From Alphaproteobacteria bacterium (GTDB lineage: Bacteria; Pseudomonadota; Alphaproteobacteria; G965222575): a stretch of DNA of 64,000 bases. Below the pieces are notes generated by a model, which saw nothing but the letters and a program-made list of their open reading frames with translations, ran no database searches and had not been told where the DNA came from. The stretch is from positions 128,001-192,000 of the forward strand of contig OZ244958.1 in NCBI GenBank assembly GCA_965222575.1, given 5' to 3'. Positions 51,732 to 61,761 of the stretch are shown here, in pieces. Made by a program: the position numbers and the translations under genes. The stretch's first letter is position 1. Every line of letters begins with the position of its first letter.

Positions 51732-54700
51732 CTATTCTTCTTCTGCAAAGAAATCAAAGTTTGAAATTCTGCTTTTTAAGTACAACAACACAGGAATTCC
51801 ATCACCAAGAGAGATAACATCCCTAGGACTTACCCCGCTCCCGCGCCCGCTCAGCCAAAATTTTAACACTCCTTCCTCTGTAACAGTAAAGATAGCCGCT
51901 ACTTCCTCATCATTAGTATCGCCACTCTCAAGGAAATTCTGCCCCCGCAAAGTCACACTATTCCACCCTCTTGATAGAGAAACAGTAGTAGTAGCCACTC
52001 TAGGCAACGCCATGCGCACTTCTTTCACGCCTGTCAAAACGGACGACGGCTCTTTTCCTAAATTCAAAAGAAAAGCCCCAGCATTTCTCAACTGTCCATA
52101 GACCACATTCCCCACTGTCACTTTACCGCTAGTACTCTGATACTTATAGGCCTCATAAGTTCTATTGCCCCAAACATAGGCAGCCTTAGGGTTCTCAAAG
52201 GATTGCCACAAGGAATGGAAACCTCCTCCTTGGGGATTCACGCCAAAGATGAACCGTTCCCAATCAATACGAGCAGACCCAATTCCACTGTTTAAGAATC
52301 CGGGCAACCCTACCACCTGTACGCCTTTATCCATAAGACGCACTTTATAAGTGAGCAAGGCCTCTAAATCAAAATTGAGCTGTTCTGCCCTATCAAAAGC
52401 CGCCGTAAAGGAATTTTTAAAAGGCACATAGTTAGCAGCAGATTGAACAGCGGAAGTGAGCATCTGATACTGCCCATTCCTATTAATAGCCATCATGATA
52501 AAGGCATCTTTATAAGAAGGAAAGTCTGTAGCAACCAACAGCTCATAGTTGCCGTCGGTGGTGGTATGTGCGTGAGAAAAAGCCCCTTGCGCCCCTATAT
52601 TCTTAATGCCTTCTTCCATATAAGCCGTTCCTCTCAGATACCAGTTGCCAGCACTACTCAGGGTGAGTCTCATGCCCTCAATTCTCACATCCACAGGCCA
52701 AGAAATTTTACCGGGGGAATCAGATAGCATGTATTTCGCAGTCATTGAGCCATCAGTCTTTTTGTTGACATACAGTTTGATGGTCTTCACACTTCTTCCC
52801 CCAGCACTATCAATGCGTTCTTGAGCACTAGTCTCGAACTCTAAGGTTGACCCTCTTTCCTCTCTACTAGTGGTAATCTCTCCTCTTAAGGTTGAGACAT
52901 CAGGCTTCTTGATAAACACACCCGCCTTTATTAAAGAGTGTTCAGACACCGCGTCGCCCCCCATCATGACCGCTCCTTTCATAAACTGCACATTCAACCC
53001 CATCATTGTAGAGGACTCGCTCTCCACAAAAACATTAGTAGAAATCATCCCATGGGCGCCATAAGGATGGTAGACCTTATCTCCAACCATCAGACTCGCT
53101 CCACCTTGGTGATACTTTTGAACATACTTATCCCAAGCAGATACGGCACTTGTGTCAAATGACGTCACTATAGCACCTACAGCAACACCATACTTAAAAA
53201 AGCCGCTGTCATCAGAAGTAGCGAGAGGGGTATCGTCCTCACTTATCAGCACGTTCCCGTTATAGCTTACCAAAACATAGTCTTCTGGATTGACGGGGGC
53301 AGTGAGACTTAACTTAATCAATTGTGGATTCAGCAAAATCGCTTCGGAAGGACTATAATCATAGTAGACCCCTTCTTTATTAAAGATTCGGACTTTGAAG
53401 TAACCTGCCAGCTCCCTTTTGGTTACGGTGAGGTCGGCTATCTCGATATTATCGCTATATTGAATAATGAGTTTTTCCAGACGCACTCCATCTTTAATGC
53501 CTAAGAGTCTGATGGGGGAAGGAATACGCTGTTCGAGTACCACCAAAGAAGGAACAGACGCTAGGGTATTTCCGCTAAAATCACTAATCTGAATGGCGTG
53601 GGCCGCACCATCAACATGGATAGTCAACCCAGCATTCTCCTTGTACTTATTCAAGCCTTTTATCTCAAACACATTTTTACCTCCCCCCCTGTCGGCAGCA
53701 AGATCTATCTTATTATCTATGCTATCAAGCTTGCCTCTAATTTTTACGGAAGAAGAGAAGAAGCGCCCATAATACATGGATAACGGAATACTCCTTGAAT
53801 CTCGTTCTTTAATAGAGATGTAACCGGGGGGTGGTATTTTATCAGTAAGACCCTTCACAGGCTCAGAAAACACAAACACTAGTGTATTCTCATGGCTTAC
53901 CGTCCCTTCTGACACAGAGGGGTCCGGCTTATAGGACGCTCTTAGCAGAACAGGTTTTACGCCATCAATAATCTCCTCTGTTCTCTCAATGCGCGGTACC
54001 GGTAACTCGTCTATCTTCATTCGCGAGTCACTATTGATAACAGTAAAGGCACTCAAATCGTATGCGAGAGCGTCCTCAGATTGAACCATAAAAGGTAATT
54101 TTTCGCCCTTGGCATGCCCTGCTAAGGACTCACCATTAGTAAGAGAAGCATAGGGCATACTAATCTGAGCTCCACTTCTATACTCCTTATAGTCATCACC
54201 GAAACCACCCACAGGGGCATTAATGCTATCGAGGTCGAAGTTGAGACGGACTTGGGTAGGGCTGGTAATCTCTTGCATAATAGTAATGTAAATCTCTTCG
54301 CCATCTGTGCCTTTACGGGGAATTGAAGCAATATCCAAGTTGTTGAGCGAAGCTTGAGAGAAGAAACCAACAATATTGTGTTTATAATCTATCAGTACCC
54401 CATCAACAAACCCATCCTCATTGTTATCAGCGGTGGAGACAGACGGTTTTTCTATGAGGGCGCCGACAACAATTTCAGAAACCCCCACAACAGAAGAGGT
54501 GTACTCTTGCTCCAAGTCGGCCGCCGTCGCATCGTCTCCCACTCCAACATGGACAGGAATACTTGTCCCTGCCACATCTCTTATGGTGTCACTAGCATGA
54601 CCCGGTATGAAGACCTCAAGAAAATACCACCGCTCTTGCATCAGGCTATTAGCCGACTTCTTTGCCCTAAGTTGCAAACCGTCCTCATGGATTCTGGCTC

Positions 54701-56408
54701 TATCAAATTCAGTATCAACAACCTTCCAACCCACATCCACGTAATGATTGACATACGCACTCCCACTTGTTAGGTCTACACTACTGCCTACCTTTGTCTC
54801 TTGATTGTCAGTCGCAAGTTGGATATTCGCTGAAACGGCATTAATGCCTTCTAAATTAATTTTCGGCTTAAACTTCAGTTGGAAGGCATGCGACAAAAAA
54901 TCCGCTATAGCCGTCGGCACACTATCAGCTACGAAAGTAGCGCCGCTGGGCTTTACAGGGTGATTAAAGTATATTCTCACCACAAGCTCATCATTATTGT
55001 TTGCAGTGATGTCGACGCCCTCAAGTGAATAGGGGTCTCCTTCCGCCTCCTTAAAGAGATTGTGATTGTCTCCCATTTTTGGACTGCCGACAAGGAGGAC
55101 ATTAGGGACGATATTCCCACCAGTAGCTAATTTCAAAGGAGCTGATTCCCTTACAGGGATAAAAGCTGTTGCCGAATTGTAATAGGCACCACCAGCCATA
55201 ATACTAATACCAGTTTTCGAATCCATAAAATTGCCCGCTTCATCTTTAATGCTATTCACACTAGCATCATCCACCCTGATAGCCATGTAATCCACAGATG
55301 CGGTAAAGGGATCATTATCTCCATGAGCAAGAGACAATGTGACAATATTCGTACCAGCAGCAACTGCCGCATTTTGCAGTGTTGCGGTACTTGTCGTAGC
55401 TGTTACCGACGCGGCATAAGTCGGGGGCGTCCCTGACAACAAGGCTAATCCTGTAGAAGCAGTATTAAGTGGGGCGCCTGCTCCTAGTGGGTCACCGATA
55501 TTCCCAGCAGTAATTGCCTCCAGCAAGGTACTGAACACCAAAAAGACTTCTCCTGTTCTTGCCGTCCCATCAGTATGTGGACTCACAACGGCATCTATGA
55601 GGGCTGGTCCTTTATAGGACGACTTGATAGGAATGAGATACTGATTGAGTACGGCACTTTGTTCAATAAGGGAGGCAAGCACCTCTCCATCCACCTTGAT
55701 AGTCACATCCCCGCTATCCGTAGTCACCACTTTATCAACTTTTCCAAACAATGCCTTTGTAGCGGTTGTTACACTACCATTATGAAAAGAAATAATCGCA
55801 GAAGAATCCCCAGCAATGACACGTATAGCAGGCCCTACTGAATCTTCCTCCCCTTTAAGGTTAGGGTTTATGTTAAGGGGCATCAACCAACGTCCCTTCG
55901 TCTCAGGCGTTTCACTGGTATCACTTCCAATACGTTGCGGATCCACAGGGAGGGCACCACCGCCATTACTTTCGTAAGGGGCAATAAATAACAGCACATG
56001 GGTGTAAATCAAAGTATCATCTAGTGCAACATCAGAGGGCATTGCAACTTTGTCGGCAAATGTTATGGATGTTGCTGACTTTTCTACCCCCACAACTTCC
56101 CCTGACTCTATTGCGCCGTCTCCATCATCATTAACATACACAGCAATGAGGCCAACTTTATCCCTACTTTGCCCTGCAACAGCATCAGAAGCGGCTACAC
56201 CATCACCCGGATGAAACCAAACTTTTATCTTCTTGCCCGGAGAAGCAAAAAACCTCTCCCCGGAATCTCTTGGCGCCCATTTTTCAAGCTTGGTAGACTC
56301 GTGACCATAACCGCGATACGCTGCTTGAGCACTTGTAAAAACTGATACAGAAAAGAACGCTAACAACAAGATAACAAAACGTTCGAAAACTCTTCTTTGC
56401 TTTTTCAT
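51732..56408 (-). CDS. Large secreted surface protein (S-layer/adhesin-like), 1558 aa
   Basis: Signal peptide ending AQA, Cys-free, Ig-like motifs (FNHPV, FSEPV, DFSGN), DNNEDGFVD, LSRGWN. Confidence 0.6.
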   Translation of the reverse strand: MKKQRRVFERFVILLLAFFSVSVFTSAQAAYRGYGHESTKLEKWAPRDSGERFFASPGKKIKVWFHPGDGVAASDAVAGQSRDKVGLIAVYVNDDGDGAIESGEVVGVEKSATSITFADKVAMPSDVALDDTLIYTHVLLFIAPYESNGGGALPVDPQRIGSDTSETPETKGRWLMPLNINPNLKGEEDSVGPAIRVIAGDSSAIISFHNGSVTTATKALFGKVDKVVTTDSGDVTIKVDGEVLASLIEQSAVLNQYLIPIKSSYKGPALIDAVVSPHTDGTARTGEVFLVFSTLLEAITAGNIGDPLGAGAPLNTASTGLALLSGTPPTYAASVTATTSTATLQNAAVAAGTNIVTLSLAHGDNDPFTASVDYMAIRVDDASVNSIKDEAGNFMDSKTGISIMAGGAYYNSATAFIPVRESAPLKLATGGNIVPNVLLVGSPKMGDNHNLFKEAEGDPYSLEGVDITANNNDELVVRIYFNHPVKPSGATFVADSVPTAIADFLSHAFQLKFKPKINLEGINAVSANIQLATDNQETKVGSSVDLTSGSAYVNHYVDVGWKVVDTEFDRARIHEDGLQLRAKKSANSLMQERWYFLEVFIPGHASDTIRDVAGTSIPVHVGVGDDATAADLEQEYTSSVVGVSEIVVGALIEKPSVSTADNNEDGFVDGVLIDYKHNIVGFFSQASLNNLDIASIPRKGTDGEEIYITIMQEITSPTQVRLNFDLDSINAPVGGFGDDYKEYRSGAQISMPYASLTNGESLAGHAKGEKLPFMVQSEDALAYDLSAFTVINSDSRMKIDELPVPRIERTEEIIDGVKPVLLRASYKPDPSVSEGTVSHENTLVFVFSEPVKGLTDKIPPPGYISIKERDSRSIPLSMYYGRFFSSSVKIRGKLDSIDNKIDLAADRGGGKNVFEIKGLNKYKENAGLTIHVDGAAHAIQISDFSGNTLASVPSLVVLEQRIPSPIRLLGIKDGVRLEKLIIQYSDNIEIADLTVTKRELAGYFKVRIFNKEGVYYDYSPSEAILLNPQLIKLSLTAPVNPEDYVLVSYNGNVLISEDDTPLATSDDSGFFKYGVAVGAIVTSFDTSAVSAWDKYVQKYHQGGASLMVGDKVYHPYGAHGMISTNVFVESESSTMMGLNVQFMKGAVMMGGDAVSEHSLIKAGVFIKKPDVSTLRGEITTSREERGSTLEFETSAQERIDSAGGRSVKTIKLYVNKKTDGSMTAKYMLSDSPGKISWPVDVRIEGMRLTLSSAGNWYLRGTAYMEEGIKNIGAQGAFSHAHTTTDGNYELLVATDFPSYKDAFIMMAINRNGQYQMLTSAVQSAANYVPFKNSFTAAFDRAEQLNFDLEALLTYKVRLMDKGVQVVGLPGFLNSGIGSARIDWERFIFGVNPQGGGFHSLWQSFENPKAAYVWGNRTYEAYKYQSTSGKVTVGNVVYGQLRNAGAFLLNLGKEPSSVLTGVKEVRMALPRVATTTVSLSRGWNSVTLRGQNFLESGDTNDEEVAAIFTVTEEGVLKFWLSGRGSGVSPRDVISLGDGIPVLLYLKSRISNFDFFAEEE

Positions 56409-56646
56409 AATAAACCCTGACTTATAAATTTTTTATATTCCTTCCTAAACTTTAAACTAGCGTTAAAGTCTTGAGTAGCATAGCATATATCTTATATACA
56501 TCAACAACAAATACTTGGAATGTCAAGGAGATTTTTTGTCTTTTTGGGGGGGGTTGTCTCTTTGAATATGAGGGAAAATTGACAAGTTTGTGAAGAATGC
56601 TTTAGACTTTGGGTTGAGGATGTTAAGAGGAGGTATTGGAAGAGCA

Positions 56647-57582
56647 ATGAAGTTACTTGCGGGTTCATCTTTGACTGATTTTTCTCAACGGGTATCAGAG
56701 TTTTTAGGGGAGGCGTTAACGAAGGTAGAGTTACGGACTTTTTCAGATGGAGAAAGTTGTCCTGAAATTAAGGAAACGATACGTGGGGAGGATATTTTTA
56801 TTCTTCAGTCTACGGCGCCGCCTGTGAATGATCGGTTGATGGAGTTGTTGTTAATGATTGATGCGGCGAAGCGTGCTGGGGGTCGGTGTGTGACAGCGGT
56901 GATACCGTATTTTGGGTATGCGCGCCAAGACAGAAAGCTGTTGCCGAGGACGCCTATATCGGCGCGGTTAGTGGCTAATCTTTTGGAGACGGCCGGTGTC
57001 AATCGTGTCCTCACCATGGACTTACACGCAGTACAAATTCAGGGATTTTTCAACATTCCAGTGGATAATCTCTCGCCTATGCCAACCATGACAAAGCGGA
57101 TAAGAGAAACCTTTGGAGATTGCTCCTGTATGACGGTGGTGAGCCCTGATATAGGGGGAGTAAAACGGGCACGCGACCTAGCAAGCCTGCTCAATGTCCC
57201 CATTGGTATCGCGGATAAAAGGCGGGATATCAAAGGGCAGGCTCATATCATGCATATCATAGGGGATATTAAGGGGCGCGTGTGTCTTCTCACGGACGAT
57301 ATCATAGACAGCGCAAGCACCTTATGCAAAGTTGGAGAACGTCTTATGTCCATGGGGGCAAAGGCCTGTCATGCTTATGTGACGCATGGGTTATTGTCTG
57401 GCGAGGCCTTAGAGAGGATTGAAACTTCTCCCTTGCAATCTGTTGTCATCTCAGACACTATTGCTCAAAGGGAGGTGAGTGCTAAAATCCAGAGTGTCTC
57501 TGTTGCGCCGCTCATAGGAGAAGCGGTGCGGAGAATCTCCAGAGATTGTTCTGTTTCCTCGCTATTTCCGACTATTTCTTAA
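56647..57582 (+). CDS. prs: Ribose-phosphate pyrophosphokinase
   Basis: FSDGE, PYFGYARQDRK, DLHA.QIQGFF, VSPDIGG. Confidence 0.97.
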   Translation: MKLLAGSSLTDFSQRVSEFLGEALTKVELRTFSDGESCPEIKETIRGEDIFILQSTAPPVNDRLMELLLMIDAAKRAGGRCVTAVIPYFGYARQDRKLLPRTPISARLVANLLETAGVNRVLTMDLHAVQIQGFFNIPVDNLSPMPTMTKRIRETFGDCSCMTVVSPDIGGVKRARDLASLLNVPIGIADKRRDIKGQAHIMHIIGDIKGRVCLLTDDIIDSASTLCKVGERLMSMGAKACHAYVTHGLLSGEALERIETSPLQSVVISDTIAQREVSAKIQSVSVAPLIGEAVRRISRDCSVSSLFPTIS

Positions 57583-57593
57583 GGGTTAAAGTT

Positions 57594-58250
57594 ATGTCAC
57601 TCCTTACATTGACACTCAAGGCTCTTCCCAGAGAGCAAACAGGCAAGCGTGCCACAAAAGAGATACGCAACCGCGCTCTAGTGCCTGCTATCATCTACAG
57701 CAAAGGAGAAACCCCTTTACATATTTGTATAGAAGAAGGGCATTTAGGGAGCTATCTACGGACACCCGGCGTTGCGAGCAAGGTCTGTCATCTTGGCTAT
57801 CAGGACAAAACCATTACAGTTCTTCCTAAAGAGTTACAACGTCATGTGGTCACGGACAAGCCGTTACATTGTGATTTTATCCGCGTTGGGAAAGACACGA
57901 TGATAACCACTGCTGTGTCTGTGGTGTTTGAAAATGAAGACCAATCCATAGGATTAAAACGTGGGGGCGTCTTAAACATTGTGCGTCATACCATAGACCT
58001 TGTCTGTCCTGTGTATGAGATACCGCAAAACATTGCTGTGGATTTAACAGGGGCTGATATAGGATTTTCTGTTCATATGTCTCACCTAACCTTGCCCGAG
58101 GGGATACGACCTTCCATTACAGACAGAGACTTCACCATTGCTACCATTTCAGCACCTTCCGTTATCGAAGAGGAAGAAGAGGCACCAGAGGAGGAAGAAG
58201 AGGAGGGTGCTACTGACGATAAGGTGGAAGACAAAAAAGAGACCCCCTAG
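57594..58250 (+). CDS. rplY: 50S ribosomal protein L25/Ctc
   Basis: VPAIIY, LHCDF, GLKRGGVLN, acidic tail. Confidence 0.95.
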   Translation: MSLLTLTLKALPREQTGKRATKEIRNRALVPAIIYSKGETPLHICIEEGHLGSYLRTPGVASKVCHLGYQDKTITVLPKELQRHVVTDKPLHCDFIRVGKDTMITTAVSVVFENEDQSIGLKRGGVLNIVRHTIDLVCPVYEIPQNIAVDLTGADIGFSVHMSHLTLPEGIRPSITDRDFTIATISAPSVIEEEEEAPEEEEEEGATDDKVEDKKETP

Positions 58251-58255
58251 GTAAG

Positions 58256-58885
58256 ATGTCAACGGCGTATAGTCTTTGGGTAGGGCTTGGGAATCCCATA
58301 CCGCAATATATAGGGCAACGTCATAACATTGGGCAGCATCTCATTTCATCGTTTGCTTACCGACAGGGGAATCCGTCATTCAAGGAGAGTTTTTCGTCAT
58401 TAACCTGTACTATTGCGGTTCAATCTTTGCAGTCTATGAAGCTAATTTTGTTGTTGCCGCAGACACAGATGAATTTATCTGGTTACGCGGTGTTACAGGT
58501 GGTACATTTTTTCAAGATTCCCTTAGGTCGGGTGATTGTGTTTCATGATGATATAGATTTGCCGTTTGGCAAGGTGCGTCTGAAGCGTGGCGGAGAGGCC
58601 GGGGGACATAACGGTCTTTTGTCACTAGATGGGGCGTTATCCTCCTCTTCATATGCCCGTGTACGGTTAGGGATTGGTCGTGGGAGGGGAGAGATAGCCT
58701 CTTATGTTTTAAGTCCGTTTTCTCCTAAGGAGAAAGGACACCTAATAGCATGGACATCGGCTCTTTTGGAGTGTCTTCCGTCCCTTTTGTTTTTGTCAGG
58801 AGACCGTAGGGATATGGACATTTTCAGTTATTTTATGTCCACGATATCCCTTCGGTGTCCGCCGCCCTCTTGTTCTGTGGGATGA
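58256..58885 (+). CDS. pth: Peptidyl-tRNA hydrolase
   Basis: VGLGNP, RHNIG, MNLSG, HDDID, GGHNG. Confidence 0.95.
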   Translation: MSTAYSLWVGLGNPIPQYIGQRHNIGQHLISSFAYRQGNPSFKESFSSLTCTIAVQSLQSMKLILLLPQTQMNLSGYAVLQVVHFFKIPLGRVIVFHDDIDLPFGKVRLKRGGEAGGHNGLLSLDGALSSSSYARVRLGIGRGRGEIASYVLSPFSPKEKGHLIAWTSALLECLPSLLFLSGDRRDMDIFSYFMSTISLRCPPPSCSVG

Positions 58886-59949
58886 CAAGTTTGAGTTGCG
58901 CTCTTGTGGGGTTGCCGAATGTTGGCAAGTCTACCTTGTTCAACGCCCTCACGCAAAGCGCACTAGCCCAAACAGGCAACTATCCTTTTTGCACCATAAC
59001 CCCTCAAGAAGGGTCTGTCTTTGTGCAGGATGAGCGTCTTGAACAGATAGCAGTACACGCTGCCTCTGAGCGGGTTGTTCCAGCTACTCTACGATTTTGT
59101 GACATTGCTGGGCTTGTAAAAGGGGCGGCTTCAGGAGAAGGGCTAGGCAACCAGTTTTTAAGCCATATACGCGCATCGCAAGCCATACTACATGTGGTAC
59201 GATGTTTTACCGACCCAAACATTCCGCACATCCACGACAAAATTGACCCCCTAAGAGACATTGATATAGTGGAAACGGAACTGCTGCTATCAGATATGGA
59301 AAGTGCGGAAAAACACCTGAAGAAGGAAGCAAAGGGCAAGGAAGCACTACGGCAGGGATTAGAGAAATGTCTTGAGCAGCTTTCTCAAGGCATAGGGTTA
59401 GCGTCTCTCTCAATAGAGGAAAAAGCCCTTATCAAGCCTTTCGGGTTTTTGACAGTGAAGCCAGTTTTGTATGTGTGTAATGTAGCGGGAATGGCAGAGT
59501 CTGTAAGGATGAGGTGCGAGGTGGAATCTCTAGCGAAAAAAATAGGGGGCAGTGTTTTCGTCATTGCAGCAGAACTAGAAACGCAAATACTCCAGTTGCC
59601 TCCCTCAGAGCAAAAAGCCTTTTTACAAGATGAAGGGTTTCAAGAAAGCGGACTTAACCGCCTGATTAAGGCAGCCTACAGCCTGCTCTCTTTGCGCACA
59701 TTTTTCACCATAGACTCCAAAGAAACAAGAGCATGGACTATTAAAGACGGCCTAAGGGCAGAAGAAGCCGCTGGAAAAATACACACCGATTTTAAGTGCG
59801 GATTCATTAAAGCAGAAGTCATCTCCTATGAGCATTTCATCAAACACAATGGCCTGAAAGGTGCGAAATCCGCAGGACACTTAAGACAAGAAGGCAAAGA
59901 CTATCGCCTCCAAGAGGGAGACATTATACGCTTTCTCTTTAATGTCTAA
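58882..59949 (+). CDS. ychF: Redox-regulated ATPase YchF
   Basis: VGLPNVGKSTLFNALT, NYPFCTI, DIAGLV, FLFNV. Confidence 0.96.
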   Translation: MTSLSCALVGLPNVGKSTLFNALTQSALAQTGNYPFCTITPQEGSVFVQDERLEQIAVHAASERVVPATLRFCDIAGLVKGAASGEGLGNQFLSHIRASQAILHVVRCFTDPNIPHIHDKIDPLRDIDIVETELLLSDMESAEKHLKKEAKGKEALRQGLEKCLEQLSQGIGLASLSIEEKALIKPFGFLTVKPVLYVCNVAGMAESVRMRCEVESLAKKIGGSVFVIAAELETQILQLPPSEQKAFLQDEGFQESGLNRLIKAAYSLLSLRTFFTIDSKETRAWTIKDGLRAEEAAGKIHTDFKCGFIKAEVISYEHFIKHNGLKGAKSAGHLRQEGKDYRLQEGDIIRFLFNV

Positions 59950-59952
59950 CAC

Positions 59953-61075
59953 CTCCCCCCTGCCCTCTTTTCTCCCTCTAAAGCCTTCCCTCCTGCTCTC
60001 TTTTCTCCTCTAAAGTCCTCCCCCCTGCTCTCCTCCTCTGCTCTCTTTTCTCCTCTAAAGTCCTGCTTCCTCCTGCTCTCTTTTCTCCTCTAAAGTCCTC
60101 CCCCCTGCTCTCTGCCCTTTTTTCTCCCTCTAAAGCCTTCCCTCCTGCTCTCTTTTCTCCTCTAAAGCCTTCCCCCTGCTCTCTTTTCTCCTCTAAAGCC
60201 TTCCCTCCTGCTCTCTTTTCTCCTCTAAAGCCTTCCCCCCTGCCCTTTTTCTCCCCTAAAGTCCTGCTTCCTCCTTCTTTGAAGGCTTTGAGGGTTGTAG
60301 CCACCAGTAATTAATCAGACAAAGCGTTATCAAAAAGCCTCCCCTCCTGCCCTTTTTTCTCCCCTAAAGTCCTTCCCCCCTGCTCTCTTTTCTCCTCTAA
60401 AGCCCTCCCCCTGCTCTCTTTTCTCCTCTAAAGCCTTCCCTCCTGCTCTCTTTTCTCCTCTAAAGCCCTCCCTCCTGCTCTCTTTTCTCCCCTAAAGCCC
60501 TCCCCCTTGCTCTCTTTTCTCCTCTAAAGCCTTCCCCCCTGCCCTCTTTTCTCCTCTAAAGTCCTCCCCCCTGCCCTCTTTTCTCCTCTAAAGTCCTCCC
60601 CCCTGCTCTCTTTTCTCCTCTAAAGTCCTCCCCCCTGCCCTCTTTTCTCCTCTAAAGTCCTCCCCCCTGCTCTTTTTTCTCCTCTAAAGCCTTCCCCCCT
60701 GCCCTCTTTTCTCCTCTAAAGTCCTCCCCCCTGCCCTCTTTTCTCCTCTAAAGTCCTCCCCCCTGCTCTTTTTTCTCCCCTAAAGTCCTCCCCCCCTGCT
60801 CTCTTTTCTCCTCTAAAGCCTTCCCCCCTGCCCTTTTTTCTCCTCTAAAGCCTTCCCCCCTGCCCTTTTTTCTCCTCTAAAGCCTTCCCCCCTGCCCTTT
60901 TTTCTCCCCTAAAGTCCTCCCCCCTGCTCTCTTTTCTCCCCTAAAGTCCTCCCCCCTGCCCTTTTTTCTCCCCTAAAGCCTTCCCTCCTGCTCTCTTTTC
61001 TCCTCTAAAGCCTTCCCTCCTGCTCTCTTTTCTCCTCTAAAGCCTTCCCTCCTGCTCTCTTTTCTCCCCTAAAGT
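59953..61075. repeat. Pyrimidine-rich tandem array, ~32 copies of a ~30-bp unit (cctgctctcttttctcctctaaagccttcc) with an embedded 97-bp gene-end copy
   Basis: Read directly; 60248-60344 equals 61061-61157. Confidence 0.97.
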
Positions 61076-61605
61076 CCTGCTTCCTCCTTCTTTGAAGGCT
61101 TTGAGGGTTGTAGCCACCAGTAATTAATCAGACAAAGCGTTATCAAAAAGCCTCCCCCTGCTCCAAAGAAAAGGGCTTCCAAGAATTTCATCCCTCCTAA
61201 GAAGGCAGGAGGCGCCCATATAAGCCCTAGAAACAAAAAGAAAACAAACAAGAGTAAAAAAAGCGGTAAAGGAAGCATCCACCAAGCAGACCTGCCTACA
61301 TCCCGTAGCCGCTTGATACCAAGCATAATCTGCCAATACAGGATAAAGGGCGATAAACTAGAGACGCCTATAAAAGGCAAGTCATTCAATAAAATGTGAA
61401 AGAAAGCAATAAGAGGTGATAAAAACGTGAGATTCAGAGCGGCTGCATTGGTCTCAACCATTCCTAAAAACCCGAGGAATAAGTATCCGCCTATTATAAG
61501 AAAGGTTAAAATCCAAAAAGGGGTGCGCTTTAATCGTCCTTTACACCACCAAAGCTGCCCGAAATACCATGGAGCGGTTTCAAGAAAGGTCTTGAGAAAG
61601 TTCAT
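61069..61605 (-). CDS. DUF805 family inner membrane protein
   Basis: KGRLKRTPFW, IKRLRDVGRSAWW. Confidence 0.85.
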   Translation of the reverse strand: MNFLKTFLETAPWYFGQLWWCKGRLKRTPFWILTFLIIGGYLFLGFLGMVETNAAALNLTFLSPLIAFFHILLNDLPFIGVSSLSPFILYWQIMLGIKRLRDVGRSAWWMLPLPLFLLLFVFFLFLGLIWAPPAFLGGMKFLEALFFGAGGGFLITLCLINYWWLQPSKPSKKEEAGL

Positions 61606-61761
61606 GGGGTTACTCCTTGAGTGTTTCAGTACCTTAAGTATAGTACTCTCCTTGTTAGTGTTTGACCAGTCAAGGGGGCTTTTTTTTTAGCAATCCATTC
61701 TAAGGGCTCTGTCTGGTATATGACTAAAGAGCTTATGATGACCTTAGAGGCGTCTGTTCTG

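Noticed and set aside
59978-60304. 108-aa Glu/Lys/Gly-rich ORF
   Set aside because: It is a translation of the purine-rich repeat strand with no RBS.
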